A DNA stretch of 47,589 nt, taken from Candidatus Micrarchaeota archaeon. GTDB lineage: Archaea; Micrarchaeota; Micrarchaeia; Norongarragalinales; UBA8480. The notes under the pieces were generated by a model. That model was not told where the DNA came from. It did not search any database and worked only from the letters and a program-made list of their open reading frames with translations. This document shows, in pieces, positions 18,181-26,777 of the stretch. The DNA lies in the NCBI GenBank assembly GCA_964388435.1, contig CAYMAH010000003.1:1-47589 (forward strand), written 5' to 3'. Each line of letters starts with the position of its first letter. The first letter of the stretch is position 1. A program made the translations under genes and the position numbers.

Positions 18181-18642
18181 ATGATTATTCAAAACTTTCA
18201 AAAAGAACATGAAAACACCCTAAAAGAAATCTCAACACTAGAAACAATTTCAAGCCAAATTGAAGGCCCTGACGATTTTGAAAAAAACAGAAAAGAATTG
18301 AAAAGAATATCCGAACAATTCAATCAAATGTTTAAACATTTTGAAAGGGAGGAGATTGTTTTTGACAAGCTTGAAGAAAAGGGGATTAAAGGACCAGTGG
18401 AAGTAATGAGGGAAGAACACGAGGAAATGAAAGAAAAGGAAAAAGAATTTGATTTAATGATAAACAAGAAAAGATTAAACGGGGAGGAAGTTAAAAAGAT
18501 TATTTATGTAATAAAATATATTGCAGAGCTGCTTAAATCTCACATTCAAAAAGAAGAAATAATTATATACCCTTTAACTGTTGAGAAGCTTTCAAATGAA
18601 GAATTAAAGGAATGCGAGGAAAAAGCTGAAAAATTAAAATAA
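18181..18642 (+). CDS. Hemerythrin-like (HHE cation-binding) domain protein
   Basis: Repeated H..E pairs in four-helix spacing: QKEHENT, KHFEREE, REEHEEM, KSHIQKEE. Confidence 0.6.
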   Translation: MIIQNFQKEHENTLKEISTLETISSQIEGPDDFEKNRKELKRISEQFNQMFKHFEREEIVFDKLEEKGIKGPVEVMREEHEEMKEKEKEFDLMINKKRLNGEEVKKIIYVIKYIAELLKSHIQKEEIIIYPLTVEKLSNEELKECEEKAEKLK

Positions 18643-18690
18643 ACAAGTTAACAAAAAGCTTTTTAAGAATGAAATGAGAATGAATCTTCA

Positions 18691-18861
18691 ATGAAAAACA
18701 AGGCTCAGGTGTCAGCAGAGTATTTGCTTCTTGTCGCGTTAGGGTTGGTTATTATAATAGCTGGAATTACACTTGCAATGAAAGCAAACGACTTCGCTAA
18801 CGTCGTTTCTTCTCTCATAAGCAACGAGGCGAACCAAACCATTTCAATGATTTCAAGCTGA
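18691..18861 (+). CDS. Mini-pilin / class III (type IV pilin-like) signal peptide protein, 56 aa (below ORF-track cutoff)
   Basis: MKNKA|QVSAEYLLLVALGLVIIIAGITL matches the archaeal prepilin motif K-[GA]-Q-x-S-x-E-[YF] followed by a hydrophobic helix. Confidence 0.6.
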   Translation: MKNKAQVSAEYLLLVALGLVIIIAGITLAMKANDFANVVSSLISNEANQTISMISS

Positions 18862-18975
18862 ATTCAAGTTAATAAAATCAACCAAAAACTTTTAAATTTT
18901 AACATTGTAAATTATATAGTATAAGCCATTAACTTAGCAGTATTTTTTTAAGGTCGTGGCTGACCGAGAGGTGTT

Positions 18976-19392
18976 TTGCACGTGTCAGTAATTAACGTAG
19001 ATAGTCATAAATTGATAGGAGCTTTAAGCGAAGAGTTAAAAAAAGAGAGTGAAATAAAACCCCCTGAATGGATTTCGTATGTAAAGAGTAGTTCGCACAA
19101 TGAAAGGCCGATTGAAGAAAAAGATTTCTGGTACAAAAGGTGCGCCTCTCTTATGTTCAACTCATACAAAAGAGGAAATGTAGGGGTAAGAAGACTGAGA
19201 AAAAAATATGGGGGCAGAGTCCAGCACGTGGTTCACAGAAGCCACCACCGGCCAGCCGGAGGAAAGATAATAAGACTCGCACTTCAACAGCTTGAAAAAG
19301 CCGGTTTGTTTGAAAAGCAGAAGACGGGCAGGGTGATAACTTCAAAGGGAAGAAAACTTATGGATGAAATTTCAAAAAAAGTTGAGGGTTGA
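18976..19392 (+). CDS. rps19e: Ribosomal protein S19e (eS19)
   Basis: KPPEWISYVKSSSHNERPIEEKDFWYKRCASL...GVRRLRKKYGGR. The start may be GTG 18982. Confidence 0.9.
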   Translation: MHVSVINVDSHKLIGALSEELKKESEIKPPEWISYVKSSSHNERPIEEKDFWYKRCASLMFNSYKRGNVGVRRLRKKYGGRVQHVVHRSHHRPAGGKIIRLALQQLEKAGLFEKQKTGRVITSKGRKLMDEISKKVEG

Positions 19393-19661
19393 TGGAGGAG
19401 AAAAAAACAGATGAAGGCGAAAGGGAGGAGCTTAGAAACAGGGTGCTGCTTAAATCGCTTTTGGAGCAGGAAGCATATGACAGAATGTCAAACATAAAAA
19501 TATCAAGCCCTGAGCTTTACTCTAGGCTCGTTTCAATAGTAGTAAACCTTGCCCAAAGAGGGCAGATAAAGAAAAAAATAACGGAGGAACAACTTAAATT
19601 ACTGGTAAGCCAGATTTTAAGCCAGAGAAAAGAAGGAAGTATATTAAGAATATCAAAATAG
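19389..19661 (+). CDS. PDCD5/TFAR19-like DNA-binding protein (COG2118)
   Basis: LLEQEAYDRMSNIKISSPELYSRLVSIVVNLAQRGQI; conserved position between rps19e and rpl39e. Confidence 0.75.
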   Translation: MMEEKKTDEGEREELRNRVLLKSLLEQEAYDRMSNIKISSPELYSRLVSIVVNLAQRGQIKKKITEEQLKLLVSQILSQRKEGSILRISK

Positions 19662-19666
19662 GTGTT

Positions 19667-19837
19667 ATGAAAATGTCAAGAAACAAAACACTTCAATTGA
19701 AGTTAAGATTAATCAAAAAAATGAAGCAGAATAAGAGAATTCCAGTGCTGGTTATAGGAAAGACAAACAGGAAAATAACCACAAATTCAAAAAGCAGGAA
19801 GTGGAGAAGCAATAAGCTTAAGTTAAAGGTGAAGTAA
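19667..19837 (+). CDS. rpl39e: Ribosomal protein L39e (eL39), 56 aa (below ORF-track cutoff)
   Basis: MKMSRNKTLQLKLRLIKKMKQNKRIPVLVIGKTNRKITTNSKSRKWRSNKLKLKVK; GGTG RBS upstream. Confidence 0.85.
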   Translation: MKMSRNKTLQLKLRLIKKMKQNKRIPVLVIGKTNRKITTNSKSRKWRSNKLKLKVK

Positions 19838-19839
19838 AA

Positions 19840-20274
19840 GTGGCTGAAGAAAAAAAAGAACAAGATGATAAATCAACAATTACAGATGTAAAAGCAGAGG
19901 TAGTGGAAAAAACCGAAGTTAAAGAGGAAGCCAAAAAAGAACCTGCGAAAGAAGAGTCTAAAACAGCAAAACAGGAAGTTAAAGAAGCAGGCACAGAAAA
20001 GGAAAAACCAAAGGAGGAAATAATTCTTAAGAGAAATTATGTCATTCCACTGACAAAGGCGTACGAAAAGCCGAAAACAGTTAGGAATAAAAGAGCGATG
20101 AATATAATCCGCACTTTCGCAGCAAGGCATATGAAAGCAAATGAGGAAAACGTTAAAATTGGAGTTAAGATTTCAGAAATAGTCAATGCAAGAGGAGTAA
20201 GAAAACCTCCAAAAAAAATCAAAGTAACGCTTTCCAAAAACAAGGAAGGCGTGGTCAAATGTGAGTTGCAGTAA
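19840..20274 (+). CDS. rpl31e: Ribosomal protein L31e (eL31) with ~60-aa Lys/Glu-rich N-terminal extension
   Basis: Core NYVIPLTKAYEKPKTVRNKRAMNIIRTFAARHM...KISEIVNARGVRKPPKKIKV. GTG start 3 nt after the rpl39e stop, with no internal ATG before the core. Confidence 0.85.
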   Translation: MAEEKKEQDDKSTITDVKAEVVEKTEVKEEAKKEPAKEESKTAKQEVKEAGTEKEKPKEEIILKRNYVIPLTKAYEKPKTVRNKRAMNIIRTFAARHMKANEENVKIGVKISEIVNARGVRKPPKKIKVTLSKNKEGVVKCELQ

Positions 20275-20933
20275 TGTTTGAAATAGAAAAGGCTTCAATC
20301 AACAAGAATCCTTTCATAGGGCTTTACTTTAGATGCAATGAAAAAACTGTTTTTCACCCGAAGGGAATTGGAAAAGCAACCATCAGCAAGTTTGAAAAAG
20401 TTTTGAAAGCCGAGCCTTTAGAGTTATCAATAAGCGGGTCATCTTTAATCGGATTATACTCTGCCATAAACTCAACAGGTTGCGCAATTCCAAATTTCGC
20501 TTCAGAATCAGAAGTTAAAAACATTCATGGTTTAAACATTGTAAAAATCGGTGGAAATTTTTCAGCAGTTTCAAACAACATTCTAGTCAATGATAAAGGT
20601 TGTATAGCAAACCCAAAAATGCCTGCGGAAGAAATCAGAAAAATATCCGACTGCTTTGGCGTTGAAGTGGCAAAAATGAAAATAGGTGGTTTTAACCTAG
20701 TAGGAGCTTTCAACACCGCTACAAACAACGGAGTTTTGGCATGCAACAATTCAACAGAAGAAGAGCTTAAGGAAATTGAAAGCATTTTAAAGGTGAAAGC
20801 GGTTAGAGGAACAACCAACATGGGGTTAACCGCAAACAGTTTCGGGATTGTAGCAAATTCTAAAGGAGGTTTGGCGGGAGAGTCGACATCGGGTTTTGAA
20901 ATAAACAGAATTTTTGAAGCAATAGGTGATTAA
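20274..20933 (+). CDS. eif6: Translation initiation factor 6 (aIF6)
   Basis: Pentein-repeat pattern (NPFIGLY.., SSLIGLY.., GGFNLVGAF.., NMGLTANSFGIV); conserved position. Confidence 0.85.
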   Translation: MFEIEKASINKNPFIGLYFRCNEKTVFHPKGIGKATISKFEKVLKAEPLELSISGSSLIGLYSAINSTGCAIPNFASESEVKNIHGLNIVKIGGNFSAVSNNILVNDKGCIANPKMPAEEIRKISDCFGVEVAKMKIGGFNLVGAFNTATNNGVLACNNSTEEELKEIESILKVKAVRGTTNMGLTANSFGIVANSKGGLAGESTSGFEINRIFEAIGD

Positions 20934-21327
20934 AATGAGTGAACAACTTGAAGCGCAGGCTTCTTATTATCAGTATCTTCTAGAGAAGACCAACGAGCAA
21001 ATAATGGAACTGCAAAGAATTTTAAACGAAAACAATGAGACCATTGAGTTTTTGAAGAACATCAAGGAGTTTGATTCAGGACTTCTTGAAATCGGAGTGG
21101 GAGTTATGATAAAAGCGCTTAAAATTGAAAAGCAAAGCGTTCTCTTACCGGTAGGCTCGGGAGTTATGGTGGAGAAAGATATAGAAGAAGCGGTAAAAAC
21201 GCTTAACGAAAGGGGAGTTCAATATGCCAACAATATCCACCAGCTGCAGCAGAGCTTCGCTGTGATAAATGAACAGCTTGAAAAGACAAGCGAGAAAATG
21301 AAAAAGGGAGAATCAAATGAAATGTGA
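20926..21327 (+). CDS. pfdA: Prefoldin alpha subunit
   Basis: Coiled coil - beta hairpins (LLEIGVGVMIKA, LLPVGSGVMVEKD) - coiled coil. The ATG at 20935 is the likelier start. Confidence 0.8.
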   Translation: MIKMSEQLEAQASYYQYLLEKTNEQIMELQRILNENNETIEFLKNIKEFDSGLLEIGVGVMIKALKIEKQSVLLPVGSGVMVEKDIEEAVKTLNERGVQYANNIHQLQQSFAVINEQLEKTSEKMKKGESNEM

Positions 21328-21484
21328 AAAATGCGGTTCAAACGACGTTGAAGTTTTGTTCACAGATGATTTTAAGCAGTTTTACTTAAAATGCAAAAAC
21401 TGTGGAGGCAACAGCGGTATAGAATCTATAAAAGACGATTACACTGATTTTCAAAAAAAATTAAAGAGTGGAAAAAATGTTTGA
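21317..21484 (+). CDS. Small zinc-ribbon protein, 55 aa (below ORF-track cutoff)
   Basis: MKCEKCGSNDVEVLF...LKCKNCGGNSG: two CxxC pairs. Overlaps the pfdA stop and the ftsY start. Confidence 0.4.
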   Translation: MKCEKCGSNDVEVLFTDDFKQFYLKCKNCGGNSGIESIKDDYTDFQKKLKSGKNV

Positions 21485-22700
21485 ACTCTTAAAAAAGAAG
21501 ATTTCCGGGTTTATTGACGGAATAACCAAAAAAGAAGAAAAGATTATAAAAGAGGAAAAAGCTGAAAAGAAATTAGAAGAAAAACCAGTAGAAATAGAAA
21601 AATCAAAACAAGAAGAAATTCAAAAAATTGAAACATTGCAGGAAGAATCGAAAAAAGAGAAAATTCAACAATATATCACAAAGGAAACCAAAAAAGAAGA
21701 AAAGCAAGAAATCGAATCAACAAGAGAAGTTGAAAAAAATGAATCTGAAAAAAATTTAATTGAAAAAAGGGAAGAAAAGCAAGAAGGAAAAAAAACTGTT
21801 GAAAAAGAGTTCAAGCCTTTCATAGGGATAAAACAAAAAATATCTAGCATATTCACTAATACGGTGGTGCTTGAGGCTAAAAATCTTGAGCCGGTATTCA
21901 ACAATTTCAAAACGTCTCTTCTTGAAAGCGACGTTTCATTCTCAACAGCGGATTTTATGGTCGACAATTTAAAAAACGAGCTTATCGGAAAAAAAGTTGA
22001 AAAAAATAAAGTCAATGAAGAAGTAAAACAACAGGTAATTTCAACTCTTGAAAAAATATTCAATGAAGGAGGAAGCAGAAGTTTTTTCGGAGACATTAAA
22101 TCAAAGCCATTCATAGTGCTTTTTGTAGGAACAAATGGAAGCGGCAAGACTACTACTGTAGCAAAAATAGCCTGGGAAGCTAAAAAGAAAAATATTTCAT
22201 CAGTGATGGTTGCTGCAGACACTTTCAGAAAAGCCGCAATAGAACAGCTTTCCGAACACGGGGAGAATATAAAAGTGCCTGTGATAAAAAGAGATTATGG
22301 TGCAGACCCCGCGTCAGTGGCTTTCGACGGCGTTTCTTACGCAAAGGCAAGAGGCATTGACCTTGTCCTTATAGACACTGCTGGAAGGCAGGAGACAAAC
22401 CAAAATCTGGTAAGAGAAATGGAAAAAATCAACAGGGTGGTTAAGCCAAACCTTAAGATTTTTGTTGGAGAGTCAATAGCTGGAAACGCGCTTGTAGAGC
22501 AGATTAAAAGCTTCAATAATGCTATCAAACTTGACGGGGTAATTCTTACAAAAACAGACTTTGACGTAAAGGGGGGAGTTCTTCTAAGTGTTTTTCACGA
22601 GGTTAAAATTCCCATTTTTTTCACTGCCAACGGCCAGCGATACGAAGATTTAAAAGATTTTAATTCCAATGAAATGATTAAAACTCTAATAAGTGGTTGA
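21468..22700 (+). CDS. ftsY: Signal recognition particle receptor FtsY with Lys/Glu-rich A domain
   Basis: GTNGSGKTTT, DTAGR and TKTD GTPase motifs. The ATG at 21477 is the likelier start. Confidence 0.92.
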   Translation: MEKMFELLKKKISGFIDGITKKEEKIIKEEKAEKKLEEKPVEIEKSKQEEIQKIETLQEESKKEKIQQYITKETKKEEKQEIESTREVEKNESEKNLIEKREEKQEGKKTVEKEFKPFIGIKQKISSIFTNTVVLEAKNLEPVFNNFKTSLLESDVSFSTADFMVDNLKNELIGKKVEKNKVNEEVKQQVISTLEKIFNEGGSRSFFGDIKSKPFIVLFVGTNGSGKTTTVAKIAWEAKKKNISSVMVAADTFRKAAIEQLSEHGENIKVPVIKRDYGADPASVAFDGVSYAKARGIDLVLIDTAGRQETNQNLVREMEKINRVVKPNLKIFVGESIAGNALVEQIKSFNNAIKLDGVILTKTDFDVKGGVLLSVFHEVKIPIFFTANGQRYEDLKDFNSNEMIKTLISG

Positions 22701-24564
22701 AATGAAAATAACACTAAAAGGAAAAACAAAAGAATTAAAAAGTATGAGCGCGGCGCAGGCTTTAAAAGAATTCAATGAAAATGGTTTTGTCGCTAAAATA
22801 AATGGCGCTTTAAAAGATCTTTCAACTGTTATAACAACAGATTCAACAATAGAACCAATAGACTTCAGCACCGAAGAGGGAAAGAGAATTTTCTGGCACA
22901 GTTCATCACATGTGCTCGCCCAAGCGATAAAGGAAATTTATCCTGAAGCAAAGCTTGGAATAGGTCCGGCAATAGAGAATGGCTTTTACTATGATTTTGA
23001 AATCCTTCCTTTAAAAGAAGATGAAATCAAAAAAATAGAAGACAAGGTAAAGGAAATTATAAAAAGAAACCTAACTTTTGAAAGGATTGAAGTCAGCAAA
23101 AGCCAAGCTGATGAGGAAATGAAAAAAAGAGGCGAAAAATTTAAATTAGAACTGCTTTCTGACCTTAAAGAAGGAATTTCATTGTACAAGCAAGGCAATT
23201 TCATAGATCTTTGTACTGGCCCTCACATTCCAAGCACAGGTTTGATAAAAGGATTTAAAATAACAAAAATAAGCGGGGCTTACTGGAAGGGAGATTCAAA
23301 AAATGAGCAGTTACAAAGAATTTACGGAATTTCATTTCCAACTGAAAAAGAACTTGAAGAGTATTTAAAGAAAATAGAGGAAGCTGAAAAAAGGGATCAC
23401 AGAAAAATAGGAGTTCAACTCGACCTGTTCAGCATGCATGAGGAAGGACCTGGCTTTCCATTCTTCCACCCTAATGGAATGATAATTTACAACAAATTAA
23501 CAGAATACATGAGAAAAAAGAATGATGAATATGAATACAAGGAAATAAGAACCCCGATAATATTATCTTCAAAACTCTGGCGCCAGTCCGGGCACTGGGA
23601 CTATTACAAAGAAAATATGTATTTTACTGAAATAGACGGGCAGGAGTATGCTATAAAGCCAATGAGTTGCCCAGGAGCTATTCTTGTTTATAAGACAAGG
23701 GCAAGAAGCTACAGGGAACTTCCTTTGAGATTTTCAGAATTCGGGTTGGTGCATAGGCATGAATTATCGGGAGTAATTTCAGGCCTTACTCGAGTAAGAA
23801 CTTTCGTGCAGGATGACGCTCACGTTTTTGCAACTCCGGAGCAGATAGAAGGAGAAATTAAAAGCATAATAAAAATGATTAAACAAGTCAACGATAATCT
23901 GGGCTTTAATGAAATGAAGGTGTTCCTGTCCACAATGCCCGAAAATCACGTTGGAGAGAGAGAAACTTGGGAGGTTGCAGAGACCAGCCTTAAAAAAGCA
24001 TTGAGTGAATCAAAAATTAAATACTCAATAAACGAAAAGGACGGAGCGTTCTACGGACCAAAAATAGATTTCAGAATAAAAGATGCTCTTGGAAGGGAGT
24101 GGCAAACCGCTACAATCCAGCTTGACTTTCAAATGCCAGCCAAATTTGAAATTACTTACGAGGGAAGCGACGGCAGGCAGCATACTCCTGTGATGATTCA
24201 CAAAGCGATATTTGGAAGCATGGAAAGGCTTATGGCAATATTAATAGAAGCCACTGGGGGCGACTTTCCAACTTGGTTAGCTCCAGTTCAAGTGGTAATA
24301 CTTCCAATAACTGAAAATCAAAATGAGCCTGCTTTTAAAATAAAGGAAAAGCTCAAAAAGTTCAGAATTGACGTTAATGACAAGAATGAAAAGCTTGAAG
24401 CTAAGATAAGAGACGCTCAAATGAAAAAAATAAAATATATTATTGTATTAGGAAAAAGAGAGGTTGAAAATAACACGGTTTCTGTCAGGGAGAAAAATCA
24501 AACAAGTGTTTTTTCTCTGGAGGATTTTGAAAAGAAGCTTGAAAAAGAAAACGAACTTCCATAA
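22693..24564 (+). CDS. thrS: Threonyl-tRNA synthetase, bacterial/eukaryal-type architecture (TGS + SAD editing + class II core + anticodon-binding)
   Basis: N-terminal TGS, WHSSSHVLAQA (HxxxH of the editing domain), class II motifs (FRDE-like HRHELSG, GSMERLMAIL). The ATG at 22702 is the likelier start. Confidence 0.92.
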   Translation: MVEMKITLKGKTKELKSMSAAQALKEFNENGFVAKINGALKDLSTVITTDSTIEPIDFSTEEGKRIFWHSSSHVLAQAIKEIYPEAKLGIGPAIENGFYYDFEILPLKEDEIKKIEDKVKEIIKRNLTFERIEVSKSQADEEMKKRGEKFKLELLSDLKEGISLYKQGNFIDLCTGPHIPSTGLIKGFKITKISGAYWKGDSKNEQLQRIYGISFPTEKELEEYLKKIEEAEKRDHRKIGVQLDLFSMHEEGPGFPFFHPNGMIIYNKLTEYMRKKNDEYEYKEIRTPIILSSKLWRQSGHWDYYKENMYFTEIDGQEYAIKPMSCPGAILVYKTRARSYRELPLRFSEFGLVHRHELSGVISGLTRVRTFVQDDAHVFATPEQIEGEIKSIIKMIKQVNDNLGFNEMKVFLSTMPENHVGERETWEVAETSLKKALSESKIKYSINEKDGAFYGPKIDFRIKDALGREWQTATIQLDFQMPAKFEITYEGSDGRQHTPVMIHKAIFGSMERLMAILIEATGGDFPTWLAPVQVVILPITENQNEPAFKIKEKLKKFRIDVNDKNEKLEAKIRDAQMKKIKYIIVLGKREVENNTVSVREKNQTSVFSLEDFEKKLEKENELP

Positions 24565-24582
24565 AATAAAAGGCGGTTTGAA

Positions 24583-24900
24583 ATGATTGATATTGATGAA
24601 TTCAAAAAAATAGAATTAAAAACCGCTGAGGTTTTAAAAGCCGAGAAAGTTGAGGGTTCTGACAAGCTGTTAAAGCTGACTGTTAAAATAGGCGATGAAC
24701 AGAGAACAATAGTCGCGGGGATTGCAAAGTATTACGGAAGCGAGATTGAAGGAAAAACAATTATAGTGGTAGCCAATTTGAAGCCAAGGAGCTTGAAGGG
24801 AATCGAATCACAGGGAATGCTACTAGCTGCTTCTGACGATTCAGGCCTTACTATTTTAACAACAGACAAACCTGCGAAGTCAGGCATCACAATAAAATAG
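24583..24900 (+). CDS. Stand-alone tRNA-binding domain protein (Trbp111/CsaA/EMAPII-like OB fold)
   Basis: FKKIELKTAEVLKAEKVEGSDKLLKLTVKIGDEQRTIVAGIAKYY...VVANLKPRSLKGIESQGMLLAA. Confidence 0.85.
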   Translation: MIDIDEFKKIELKTAEVLKAEKVEGSDKLLKLTVKIGDEQRTIVAGIAKYYGSEIEGKTIIVVANLKPRSLKGIESQGMLLAASDDSGLTILTTDKPAKSGITIK

Positions 24901-24905
24901 ACTAC

Positions 24906-26153
24906 TTAATTCAACACAATTCCAGTCAAGTGACTCTGCCCTGCACTTTTAATCTTTACAATCAGATCTTTTCCTAAATCAGCTTTGACAAGAACAGGCT
25001 TGTATGAACTTGTTCTTGCAAGCGAGGCGTCCCTCGCGTTTTCAATTACAGTCACTTTTTCAATTCTGTCTATCATTTCAAGGTTTTTTTCAAGACTTAT
25101 TTTTTTATATATTTCACTTGCCTCCGCACTACGTTTTTTGATTTCATTTTTACTTAATTGCTCCATTAAAGCGGCTTTTGTGTTTTTTCTTGCGCTGAAT
25201 TTCGATAAATTAACCACGTCGAACCTCATTTCTTTTATCAACCTTACGGTGTCATTAAAATCATCTTGAGTTTCAGCAGGAAATCCCACTATCAAATCAG
25301 TTTCGATTGTCAGGTCCTTGGAATTTATTTTAAAAAATTTAATAAGATCTGTAAATTCATTGACAGTATAATTTCGGTTCATTTTTTCCAGCACCGAATC
25401 GCTTCCGCTTTGAACTGGAATGTGAATGAAATTGTAGATTTTGTCGTTTTTTAGAAATTTTACCAGCTCTTTTTTAATTTGAATTGCATGCTCTGGGTTC
25501 ATCATACCAAGCCTTATCCTGAAGTTTCCGTTTATTTCAACTATTTTTTCAAGAAGCGACGACAGCGAAGTATTAACGTCATAACCATAACAACCTAAAT
25601 CTTGCGAGGTTAATCTAAATTCCCTGCAGCCCTTTCCAGCCAGATATTGCATTTTTTGAATTATTTCATCTTCGCTTAAACTTTTAAGAGCTCCTCTCGC
25701 TAGCTTTGTTTGACAGAAAGTGCAACTACCCAAACAACCAGTTGATATTTGAATGGTTGAAACCAATCCATTAAGCCTTGGTGAAGGCGAAGCATTCAAA
25801 CCCCTTCCAATCCACACGCCAGTTTTTGTAAAAGCGTCAAGTATTTTTGTATTGTCAAAAGTTCCTGCTATGCTAATGTCTTGTTTTAAGCCTGCAATTT
25901 TTTTTGGCTGAACCTGAGCTAGGCAACCGGTAGCTATTATTTTTTTACCGCATTTTTTAATGTCGTTTACAATCCGGTTTTCAGTAGAGTCTTTGACCCC
26001 GCAGGTATTAAATATCACAACATCGGCTTTTTCTTCGCTTTCTACTTTTAAGTGCCCATTTTTTTTAAGCATAGCCTCAATATTCTCTGATTCTGCCTGA
26101 TTGAAAGAACAACCATATGTTTTAACGTAAAACTTCAAGTTTTTTTTCACCAT
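24906..26153 (-). CDS. Radical SAM methylthiotransferase, MiaB/MtaB (CDKAL1-like) family with TRAM domain
   Basis: UPF0004 N-domain YVKTYGCSFNQAESE..FNTCGV..GCLAQ and radical SAM GCLGSCTFCQT. Confidence 0.88.
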   Translation of the reverse strand: MVKKNLKFYVKTYGCSFNQAESENIEAMLKKNGHLKVESEEKADVVIFNTCGVKDSTENRIVNDIKKCGKKIIATGCLAQVQPKKIAGLKQDISIAGTFDNTKILDAFTKTGVWIGRGLNASPSPRLNGLVSTIQISTGCLGSCTFCQTKLARGALKSLSEDEIIQKMQYLAGKGCREFRLTSQDLGCYGYDVNTSLSSLLEKIVEINGNFRIRLGMMNPEHAIQIKKELVKFLKNDKIYNFIHIPVQSGSDSVLEKMNRNYTVNEFTDLIKFFKINSKDLTIETDLIVGFPAETQDDFNDTVRLIKEMRFDVVNLSKFSARKNTKAALMEQLSKNEIKKRSAEASEIYKKISLEKNLEMIDRIEKVTVIENARDASLARTSSYKPVLVKADLGKDLIVKIKSAGQSHLTGIVLN

Positions 26154-26219
26154 AAGGATTAAAAAACATTTTAATTCTAATATTATATAATTTTGAGAGC
26201 TTAATTTTTAAAAAGGTGT

Positions 26220-26408
26220 TTGTTTAAATTGAAGTGTGAAAGGTGCGGAAAAGAGACTCATTACATTGAGGTTTGCAACTACTGCGGAAGAAAGATTTGC
26301 AGGGATTGTATTAAAAGCAGCAGGAATTATACCAAAACTGAAAGAAGAGTTATATGCAAGGATTGTTGGAGCAAAATTTCAAGCAGGAAGGCTTTCCTTA
26401 AAGACTAG
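26220..26408 (+). CDS. Small Cys-rich zinc-finger protein (four CxxC pairs)
   Basis: CERCGK, CNYCGR, CRDC, CKDC. Non-ATG start (TTG), so the start is uncertain. Confidence 0.45.
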   Translation: MFKLKCERCGKETHYIEVCNYCGRKICRDCIKSSRNYTKTERRVICKDCWSKISSRKAFLKD

Positions 26409-26777
26409 CTTATTTTTACAAAAGTTGGTAGGCCGGATCTTGGCGTAAATAGCTTGGAAAAATTATCTATTCTTTTAAGGCTTTCCACAAGGTTTTTTTC
26501 TTCTATTCCTTTTTTAAATGCTTCTTGTTTTAGTTTATCCAGATTCACGTTTGAAACCCCCCTTGGCTGAATCTTGTTTATAATTGCCAGTAATTGAAGA
26601 TCTTGTTTTGCCATTGCCCTGATTTTTTTCGTTTGATGTTACGGTTACAACTACGTGCAGCTCGTTTCTGACTTCACCCTTTAATCTTGAATTCAACGCG
26701 TGCGACAAGAAATCCTGCTTTTTAAACGCTAGACCTTCAAATAAAATGCTTTCAGTGTTAGGCGCTTTGAACTCCAT
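26405..26777 (-). pseudogene. Two overlapping ORFs (80 aa + 69 aa) joined by a +1 shift at an A7 run. Frameshifted gene, sequencing error or recoding; C-terminal part looks like a winged helix
   Basis: ORF 26535-26777 and ORF 26405-26614 overlap in adjacent frames. The run gaaaaaaat (plus coords 26623-26629) lies exactly at the junction. The fused product would be ~125 aa. Confidence 0.4.

Noticed and set aside
18007-18210. 68-residue N-terminal extension of ORF 16768-18210
   Set aside because: It overlaps the divergent hemerythrin-like gene start and promoter region. The internal ATG at 18006 is followed by a typical signal peptide.
21619-21634. TTCAAAAAATTGAAAC resembling the T-loop intron pattern
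   Set aside because: It lies inside the FtsY A-domain coding frame (EEIQKIETLQ), and the flanking bases cannot form a T-stem or acceptor stem.
21665-22222. 185-aa antisense ORF inside ftsY, and similar antisense ORFs at 7825-8190, 11533-11991, 15350-15808 and 40094-40435
   Set aside because: Each lies opposite a gene with strong family motifs. Their Ser/Phe/Leu-rich composition is typical of antisense reading of Lys/Glu-rich AT-rich genes.
26236-26448. Alternative-frame 70-aa ORF overlapping the Cys-rich zinc-finger ORF
   Set aside because: It has no motif, whereas the 26220-26408 frame yields four regularly spaced CxxC pairs.
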